This document shows positions 51,354 to 58,465 of a stretch of DNA of 58,465 nucleotides, piece after piece (position 1 is the stretch's first letter; each line of letters opens with the position of its first letter). Made by a program: the position numbers and the translations under genes. This DNA is from Promethearchaeota archaeon (GTDB lineage Archaea; Asgardarchaeota; Lokiarchaeia; Sigyniarchaeales; SOKP01), in contig JAFGGO010000036.1 of NCBI GenBank assembly GCA_016930515.1, forward strand, positions 1 to 58,465, in the 5' to 3' direction. Below the pieces are notes generated by a model, which saw nothing but the letters and a program-made list of their open reading frames with translations, did no database searches and was not told the DNA's origin.

Positions 51354-51455
51354 TGCGCCGCCCGGGAATTGAACCCGGGTCGCCAAGTTGGCAACCTGGC
51401 ATACTGACCAGTTTACTTCTGTCAAGTAGATTGACAGAAACTATACTAGCAGCGC
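51354..51455 (-). tRNA. tRNA-Gly(GCC) with a 30-nt D-loop intron (51411..51440)
   Basis: Acceptor GCGCTGC/GCGGCGC+A; anticodon arm CCAGG-TTGCCAA-CTTGG; T arm CCGGG-TTCAATT-CCCGG; no encoded CCA. Confidence 0.9.
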
Positions 51456-51635
51456 GCAGATTATGTGATAATTAGTGTGATTAAAAAAGAACCAAATAAT
51501 TAAAATTTTATGGTTTTTCAAACGAATTCCCCAAAAACACCTTAAATCTAGATCTTAAGATGAAATAAAATCAGAAGTAGTGAATGGGATTAATGAAAAA
51601 AAATTTAAGCAGAACGTGATTACACTATATTACTA

Positions 51636-52067
51636 ATGAATTTTAAGGACAATTGGAACAAAAAAAAGATCTTAAATCTCTTCTTTGTGCTAATATACAT
51701 TATATCAAACTTTATTGGCGTTCCTTGCTTGATTTACACGACTATAACTTTCGAATTCGCATATATCGTTAATATCATTACTGGTGCATCCCTGTTTCTC
51801 GTGATTTTTCCCACCGCGTTTGTTTTAGACGCTTTTCTTATTATAAAGAAAAACAAACAATGGGACCAGTCTCTCGAGCTTACGGGAGGTTTGGTGTTCC
51901 AATTTATAATTGCGTTCGTATTTTCCGTAATTTCTACATGGTCTATAGGATCAGTGTCAGGAATATTCTTGGTTGATATTATAATACTTTCAACTACTTT
52001 CGTGTCGATGGTTTCAATCGTCCTTGTTGTCATTTTTGTATTATATTCGTATTTTAGCAAAAAATAA
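51636..52067 (+). CDS. 4-TM membrane protein
   Basis: Four hydrophobic segments. Confidence 0.6.
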   Translation: MNFKDNWNKKKILNLFFVLIYIISNFIGVPCLIYTTITFEFAYIVNIITGASLFLVIFPTAFVLDAFLIIKKNKQWDQSLELTGGLVFQFIIAFVFSVISTWSIGSVSGIFLVDIIILSTTFVSMVSIVLVVIFVLYSYFSKK

Positions 52068-52202
52068 TTCTCCTGTTATCGATGCTCATTAAACAATTGT
52101 TTTTAATTTTTTAAAAATAAATCTGAGAAATTAATTCGTCTTGATCTATCAATATTTTAGTGCAAATATGTTAAAAAAATTGGATTAGAAAGGAGTGAAT
52201 GA

Positions 52203-54563
52203 TTAACCCATAATTACCTGCACTACGCGAGTCTTATCATCATTAGAGATTGGAATAATATTACCATCTAGCGATTTTCCATCGATAATTATTTCCCGAA
52301 TTCCTTTCGAAATACTTTCTGGATTTTGAATGGAAATATCGTATAATGTGCCCCTAAAGCGTCGTTTTACCTCAAAACCTTTCCATTCTCGTGGAATACA
52401 GGGGTCAATTTGCAATCCTTGAAGTTCCGGTCTGATACCTAAAATCCAATCGGTTGCAGCTTTCAGGGTCCAGGATGCAGTTCCCGTGAGCCAAGAATTT
52501 TTAGCCTTCCCGTGTTGTGGGTGGTCATTACCCGTGATCATTTGGGAATAGACATAGGGCTCGGTTTGATGTATATCTGCGATATCGTTCTTCGTCGAAG
52601 GAGAAATCTTTTTGTAGTATTCGTAGGCAATATCACCCCGCCCCAAAATGCATTCTGCAATTTCCGCCCAAGGATTCGTATGACAAAATATTGCTGCGTT
52701 TTCTTTTAGCCCAGGAGGGAAAGTGCTAATCCCACCTAAATTTGGATAGTAGTGAGTATACGCAGGGGAAAAAAGCTTGACCCCATATGCAGTTACCAGA
52801 TGGTTTCGCACGGAATTCATGCATTCGACCGCCCTATCTTCGGAAGCTATTTTTCCAAAAACGGCCCAGGTTTGTGTGTTGAGGAAAATTTGCCCTTCCT
52901 CGTTTGATTTACTTCCAATGATGGTTCCATCGTCGTCAATTGCCCGAATATACCACTTACCGTCCCAAGCGTTCTTGTTAATGTGATTGCGATGCTTACT
53001 TGCAAGAGTCTTGAAATAACTAGAATTACCATCAATACACAATGCCGATGCGATATCGCCCATGTCCAACAAGGCCTTATGGTATTGCATGGCAACCATA
53101 ACGCTTTCCGCTCGTTTATTCGGACCGTGAAGTTGCATCGTATCGTTCCAGTCTGCGGTCCCGATGAGAGGAAATCCAGAAGGGCCCAAATTATTTTCCG
53201 TAAAATTAATGGCCTTGCAAAGATGTTCGTAAAGCGTTCCCTTCGAACCTTCCACGAACGGTATTTCTTCCTGTAGAATCGAGCAGTCGCCTGTTTCTTT
53301 CAAGTAATTACTCACAGAAAAGACCATCCACAGGTGGTCGTCTGCAAAGAATTTCATTCGAGGATTCGAGTAATCTGGAAATCCTCCAAGACCCGTTAGT
53401 GGGAAGTATTGATGATAAACCATTCCACTTTCGAATTGAGTTCGAGCGATTTCGAGGATTTTTGTTCGAACCAAGTGAGGAATTGCGTGGCAGGCACCTA
53501 ACGTATCTTGATTGAAATCCCTGAAACCAATACCACGTCCTATTCCCGTTTCGTAAAAAGAGGCGTACCTTGCCCAATCAAACGTTGTTTTGCATTGATA
53601 TTGGTTCCAAACATTGATAATTTGGTTAAAACCCCCATCTGGAGTATTAACGTGAAGATTCTTCAAGTATCCGTTCCAACTTTGTTTTAATCTCTCAAAT
53701 TCGTTTGTAATTTCATCAACATTATCGTATTTTCGTGTAATTTGAGGAATTTCAGATTCATCTTTTGTAATTCCTAAAATGTATATTATCGTTTTCGATT
53801 CATTTGGTCCAATCTCAAGAGAACTGCAAGTTGCTGCGATGGGATTCCCACCTAGGGCTTGTGCATTGCTACAGGATCCCGTTTCAACGCAAATAGGGTT
53901 TTGTTCGGAACGATATCGTCCAATAAAAGACTCCCTGTCGCAATCGTATCCGGATATTGAGTGATCTGAATAGAAATATGCAATTGGTTTCGATTTGTCA
54001 AAAAGTCGATACACGATGGCTTTAAGTTGAGGGTTGTATTTAGCGACAGCAACATTTTGAATGTATTGTAGGTCTCTTTGATCGGATATGGCGTCCCACA
54101 GGCAAAACTCCGCGTAAGAAAACACGTCAAGCGTTCGCGCCTCCGAAGATTCATTTTTCACTGATAGCATCCAAATTTCCAAGTCATCATCAAAAGGCAC
54201 AAAATAGAGGATTTCGCTCGTAATGCGATCAAAAGTTGATTTGATCTTAGTATAACCCAAACCGTGTCGACATTCATACGCGTCCAATTCACTTAAAGTC
54301 GGTTGCCAGGTCGGTGACCAATATTGGGACGTATTCCTGTCTCGTAGATAAATGTACCTACCAGGTCTATCAATCGGAATGTTGTTATACCTGTATCTCA
54401 ATATCCTGTTTTCCTTCGGATCGATGTAAAAACTGTAACCGCCAGCCGTGTTTGAAACCATGGCGCAATACTTTCCGTTGTTCAAGTAATTCATCCAAGG
54501 AGTTGGAGTACATGGGCTTGTTATGACATATTCTTTATTCTCGTTAAAATATCCATATTTCAT
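52203..54563 (-). CDS. GH94 glycoside phosphorylase (cellobiose/cellodextrin phosphorylase-like)
   Basis: 'EYVIT.P.TP.PW.NY', 'RGIGFRD..QD', catalytic 'ADWND', 'KENAAIFCH', 'NSWLTGTA'. Confidence 0.92.
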   Translation of the reverse strand: MKYGYFNENKEYVITSPCTPTPWMNYLNNGKYCAMVSNTAGGYSFYIDPKENRILRYRYNNIPIDRPGRYIYLRDRNTSQYWSPTWQPTLSELDAYECRHGLGYTKIKSTFDRITSEILYFVPFDDDLEIWMLSVKNESSEARTLDVFSYAEFCLWDAISDQRDLQYIQNVAVAKYNPQLKAIVYRLFDKSKPIAYFYSDHSISGYDCDRESFIGRYRSEQNPICVETGSCSNAQALGGNPIAATCSSLEIGPNESKTIIYILGITKDESEIPQITRKYDNVDEITNEFERLKQSWNGYLKNLHVNTPDGGFNQIINVWNQYQCKTTFDWARYASFYETGIGRGIGFRDFNQDTLGACHAIPHLVRTKILEIARTQFESGMVYHQYFPLTGLGGFPDYSNPRMKFFADDHLWMVFSVSNYLKETGDCSILQEEIPFVEGSKGTLYEHLCKAINFTENNLGPSGFPLIGTADWNDTMQLHGPNKRAESVMVAMQYHKALLDMGDIASALCIDGNSSYFKTLASKHRNHINKNAWDGKWYIRAIDDDGTIIGSKSNEEGQIFLNTQTWAVFGKIASEDRAVECMNSVRNHLVTAYGVKLFSPAYTHYYPNLGGISTFPPGLKENAAIFCHTNPWAEIAECILGRGDIAYEYYKKISPSTKNDIADIHQTEPYVYSQMITGNDHPQHGKAKNSWLTGTASWTLKAATDWILGIRPELQGLQIDPCIPREWKGFEVKRRFRGTLYDISIQNPESISKGIREIIIDGKSLDGNIIPISNDDKTRVVQVIMG

Positions 54564-54649
54564 AAAAAATCAACTGTTTTATGGGATTTTATTTTGTTCT
54601 GAAAAAGTTTTTTTAAAATAAAAAAAAGAAATTGTATAATTAGTTAATT

Positions 54650-55456
54650 TTAATACCATTTTCTATAGATACTAGGCACGCAAGCCAAGAGGTTTTTTGT
54701 ATATGCATGTTCGGGAGAGGTAAAAACATCATTCGTTGGTCCTTGTTCAATAATCGTGCCTTCTTTCATTACAATTACTCGATGCGATAGATATTGAGCC
54801 TGCCCGATATCGTGAGTAATGAATAGAATGGAAATTTCATAATCGTCTTGAAGTTGCTTGAACAAGTTCAATACATCAGCTCGGGAGCTAGAATCAATCA
54901 TGCTTGTTGGTTCGTCAGCAATGAGCAATCGAGGTTTAAACATGAGGGCTCTTGCAATTAAAAGTCTTTGTAATTGTCCTCCACTTAATTGGTGAGGATA
55001 TCTTCCTAATGTTTCTTTCGGGTCGAGACCAACAGTATCTATGGCTTTAGCAAAAATATTTCTTCGTTCTCGAATGCTAACATTAGGCATTGCATGGTTA
55101 AAGGCTTGCCTAAATATATGATCAACCTTGTAAAAAGAATTATAGCAACTATAGGGATCTTGAAAAATGCTCTGTACTAGTTTATAATATTTTTTAATTT
55201 TAATTTTCTCAACAGGTCGTCCTCCAAAAAATATCTTTCCCTCAGAAGGTTTAAGAAATCTCATAATTACATTCGCTACCGTGGATTTTCCACTTCCACT
55301 TTCTCCAACAAGAGAGACAACTTCGCCCGAATTGATATGGAAAGACACATCTTTGGCGCCGTATGTTATTTTTGTTCTGATTAATCCCGATGTGTATTTC
55401 ATCGTGAGATGTTCAATTTTCAGAATTTCTTTGTTTTTTTCGTTCGTTTTTATCAC
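54650..55456 (-). CDS. ABC ATPase, OppF/DppF-like
   Basis: GESGSGKS, LSGGQ, ADEP. Confidence 0.92.
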   Translation of the reverse strand: MIKTNEKNKEILKIEHLTMKYTSGLIRTKITYGAKDVSFHINSGEVVSLVGESGSGKSTVANVIMRFLKPSEGKIFFGGRPVEKIKIKKYYKLVQSIFQDPYSCYNSFYKVDHIFRQAFNHAMPNVSIRERRNIFAKAIDTVGLDPKETLGRYPHQLSGGQLQRLLIARALMFKPRLLIADEPTSMIDSSSRADVLNLFKQLQDDYEISILFITHDIGQAQYLSHRVIVMKEGTIIEQGPTNDVFTSPEHAYTKNLLACVPSIYRKWY

Positions 55457-55458
55457 CT

Positions 55459-56595
55459 CTATTCATATAGCCAACATGCTACAGGATTTTCTTTTTTACC
55501 GCCTCTAGGATAAAAATAAGGAGGATATTTTTCAGAGCATTTATCCATTCTTTTGGAACATCGAGGATAAAATCGACACCCTATTGGAGGAGAACTCAAG
55601 TTTGGAGGTCTTCCAGGAATTCCTTCTAATCTCGTTTCTGCAGAACCGTCTGGATTGAAACTTGCAATAGAATGCATTAATCCCTTCGAATATGGGTGCA
55701 TTGGATCGTGGATAATGTCGTCCATATCTCCTATCTCTACAATTTTTCCTGCATACATTATAAAGCATTTTGTACAAATTTGAGCAAGCGTTGGCAAATC
55801 ATGTGAAATAAAGACTATTGTATCAACTACGCCCATTTTTTTTAAATCAAGAAATGTGTCTAGTAATAATTTTTGAGTTGAAACATCTAAAGCAGATGTA
55901 GGTTCGTCAACAATAAGCAAGCTTGGATTCCATAATGTAGAAATTCCAACAACAGTCCTTTGTTTCATTCCACCACTAAGTTCGTGAGAATATTTGTTCA
56001 ATACAGAAGCATCTAGCCCTAATTTTTCAAAGTGAGTAATAACTTTTTCAAACACTTCTTCTCTTGATCTACCAAAACCATTTTTGGGCACTTCAGTATC
56101 AACAACAACATTGGACTCACGAGTCTTACTCCTTCTTGGAAGAAACCCAATTCGTTGTCGCATCACATCGTTTATAATTCTCTTAATCTTTTTAACCGGA
56201 TTTAGAGAATTTTGGGACGCTTGAGGAACATAACCAATTATCTTGCATAATATTTCTTTCCTTAGTTGTTTTTTCTTTTCCAACTCTTTCACGCGTCTTT
56301 CCTTTAATTTTTTACGATATAATGCTTTATCTAACTTGCCCTTTTCTTCTATTTTAGGAACATATACGGGAATTTCGTTTACATAGACTTGACCTTCTTC
56401 GTGATGTAAAAGAGGCATTAATGTTCCAGTAATTAATTCTGCTAATGTCGACTTACCGCACCCTGATTCTCCAGCTATAGCAACAATATCTCCTTTCTTA
56501 ACAGTAAACGTAACTCCATCAACAGCGTGAACAACACCAAAGGATCCCCTATAATAGCCCTTTAAATCTTCTATGCGTAAAATATTTTCAACCAT
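55459..56595 (-). CDS. ABC ATPase, OppD/DppD-like
   Basis: GESGCGKS, LSGGM, 'HPY', 'GCRFYPRC...C...VACW'. Confidence 0.92.
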   Translation of the reverse strand: MVENILRIEDLKGYYRGSFGVVHAVDGVTFTVKKGDIVAIAGESGCGKSTLAELITGTLMPLLHHEEGQVYVNEIPVYVPKIEEKGKLDKALYRKKLKERRVKELEKKKQLRKEILCKIIGYVPQASQNSLNPVKKIKRIINDVMRQRIGFLPRRSKTRESNVVVDTEVPKNGFGRSREEVFEKVITHFEKLGLDASVLNKYSHELSGGMKQRTVVGISTLWNPSLLIVDEPTSALDVSTQKLLLDTFLDLKKMGVVDTIVFISHDLPTLAQICTKCFIMYAGKIVEIGDMDDIIHDPMHPYSKGLMHSIASFNPDGSAETRLEGIPGRPPNLSSPPIGCRFYPRCSKRMDKCSEKYPPYFYPRGGKKENPVACWLYE

Positions 56596-56611
56596 ATTTT
56601 TTCACCAGATT

Positions 56612-57544
56612 TTATAATAATTCCCTCGCTTTTGGATTGAATGTAGAACTAAAACTTCCGTGTAGATTATATATTATTACCAAGAACAATATTATCAATA
56701 ATCCTGGTGGTATCCAAATGTGATAATAACCACGGATAATAGCGCCATAATGTTGAGCATCCCATAATAGCGAACCAAGCGTGATATAGTCTTGTTGTCC
56801 TAATCCTAACATTGCAATTCCCGCTTCAACTTGAATTGCTATCCCCGTAATTATTACAAAACACAAAAAAACATATGACAAAACATTAGGTAATACTTCG
56901 GTAATAGCAATCCTCGTCGAACTTATCCCTGACATCCGGGAAATCTTGATATAATCCCTTTCTTTAATGGATAATACCTGTGCTCGTATCGATCGTGCTG
57001 CCCAAGGCCAATTAAAGAGGGCAATTACCCACAATATTGATGCCATCGTTCTTTCTTGGGTTAAAGTGCCAAGTAAGAGAATAAAAGGAATTACAGGAAA
57101 AATTAAAATGACATTTGTCACGAATTCTGTAATTTTTTCCACAACACCGCCTATATAAGGACCTACAACTCCAAAAACAATGGCTATCCCAGTGCTAATA
57201 ATTGAAGCGAGAAAACCAAATCCTATTGAGTTTCGAGTTCCTGTAATCAAAAGATGAAAAACATCCTGACCTGATTGGTTGGTACCTAACCAAAATGTGG
57301 AAGAAGGAAATAAATTATCCCCTTGATTAGGGCTTACATCGTTAAAAGGGGGGATTAAAGACCAGATTGTTATTACTAAGCATATCGTCATAAAGAAAAT
57401 TACGGCCAAGCATTGTCTTCTGTAATTTGTCCACGCAAGCCTTAATCGTTCCTTAAAAGCAGCCCTCAAACTTCTTTTTTCGAATACAATTTCGAAATTA
57501 TTTGATACGGTTGTATTTGATTTCATTTTATTGATTACCTCCAA
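56612..57544 (-). CDS. ABC permease, OppC/DppC-like
   Basis: 'WLGTNQSGQD'; EAA-like loop 'ERDYIKISRMSG'. Confidence 0.9.
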   Translation of the reverse strand: MEVINKMKSNTTVSNNFEIVFEKRSLRAAFKERLRLAWTNYRRQCLAVIFFMTICLVITIWSLIPPFNDVSPNQGDNLFPSSTFWLGTNQSGQDVFHLLITGTRNSIGFGFLASIISTGIAIVFGVVGPYIGGVVEKITEFVTNVILIFPVIPFILLLGTLTQERTMASILWVIALFNWPWAARSIRAQVLSIKERDYIKISRMSGISSTRIAITEVLPNVLSYVFLCFVIITGIAIQVEAGIAMLGLGQQDYITLGSLLWDAQHYGAIIRGYYHIWIPPGLLIILFLVIIYNLHGSFSSTFNPKARELL

Positions 57545-58465
57545 CCCTAATTCTCGGGTCTATAAACCCATACATTAAATCGATGATGAAATTACCAATA
57601 ACGATAATTAATATGGTTACGATAAAGGCACCAATGATCAAGTTATAATCACCAGAAACAAACGCTTGAACTATCAATGTACCAAGGCCAGGCCAGAGAA
57701 ATACGGCTTCGATAATTAGCGTTGCGCCCAGGATTTCATTAAAGCGCAGGTTTAGCCCTGTTAATTGAGGTAACAAGCTATTCCGCATTGCATAACGTCT
57801 TAATTTAGACTCAGAGAAACCTAACTTCCTGCAATATAGTATGTAATCTGATTCTTTTTCATAAACCATAAGTGAGCGCATTCCTGTTGCCCATCCTCCC
57901 GAAAAACATGTGACCATTACTAAAAACGGTAGCCAATAATATTCAATTAGCTGCGCTAGATTATTAAAATCACCCCAAATTATAGGAGGCGGATATTCAC
58001 CATATGGGAGCCAGTGAGTCTCGTATACAAAAAAATTTATGAAGACATATGCCATCCAAAAAAATGGTGCTGATTGCATTGCAATGATCAGATAATAGCC
58101 GACTTTACTAGCTTTTCCCTTACTGTACCCCGTACGCGCACCAATCCAATTTCCAATGATGAAAGTAATTATCGTAACGGGAATTACCATGAGCAGAGTG
58201 TAAGGAATGTAAGGCATTACGATATCAATTACAGGTCGGCCACCATTTGAAAAAGACACGCCTAAATTTCCGTTGAAAAAAAAATCATATAGAAAATAGC
58301 CGTACTGGTTAATAAGTGGTTCGTCGTAATGATAATATGCTCTTAACTCATCAATCGCTCTCTGCCACGAATCAGCATCACCTGTAGGGGAAGACAAAAA
58401 TTGTCTCAAGGGATCTCCAGGAAGTAACCTAGGTATCAAAAACGCCAAAGATATTCCAACGAAAA
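57528..58465 (-). CDS. ABC permease, OppB/DppB-like (5' end lies beyond the window)
   Basis: 'RLLPGDP', 'NLGVS', 'IEAVFLWPGLG', 'DPRIR'. Confidence 0.9.
   Translation of the reverse strand, partial: FVGISLAFLIPRLLPGDPLRQFLSSPTGDADSWQRAIDELRAYYHYDEPLINQYGYFLYDFFFNGNLGVSFSNGGRPVIDIVMPYIPYTLLMVIPVTIITFIIGNWIGARTGYSKGKASKVGYYLIIAMQSAPFFWMAYVFINFFVYETHWLPYGEYPPPIIWGDFNNLAQLIEYYWLPFLVMVTCFSGGWATGMRSLMVYEKESDYILYCRKLGFSESKLRRYAMRNSLLPQLTGLNLRFNEILGATLIIEAVFLWPGLGTLIVQAFVSGDYNLIIGAFIVTILIIVIGNFIIDLMYGFIDPRIRVGGNQ

Noticed and set aside
52512-54526. Multiple short ORFs overlapping the GH94 gene, and similar short overlapping ORFs elsewhere
   Set aside because: Alternative-frame or antisense shadows of well-supported genes.

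Overview
AT-rich archaeal chromosomal window, very probably from an Asgard archaeon (Lokiarchaeia-like). The evidence is an ESCRT-II/Vps4/ESCRT-III cluster, Roadblock/LC7 and gelsolin-domain genes, and an intron-containing tRNA. All family assignments come from motif recognition by eye; no database search was run. Main observations: (1) A Roadblock-Roadblock-gelsolin-FIST operon is transcribed divergently from six tandem ~180-aa H-NOX/V4R-like paralogs plus an unannotated decayed seventh copy, a candidate sensing module. (2) A PI3K/PI4K/PIKK-like kinase gene probably spans 44520..45515 across one in-frame TGA. (3) A 185-bp non-coding element, ~97% identical between two copies, lies upstream of a secreted clan-CD (caspase/legumain-like) protease gene and of its decayed paralog. 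(4) tRNA-Gly(GCC) carries a 30-nt insertion in the D-loop. The rest is mostly housekeeping and metabolic genes: Nop2/Nip7, RNase III, CorA, ArsB/NhaD permeases, Hsp20, and a GH94 phosphorylase with an ABC transporter. There are also several pseudogenes.
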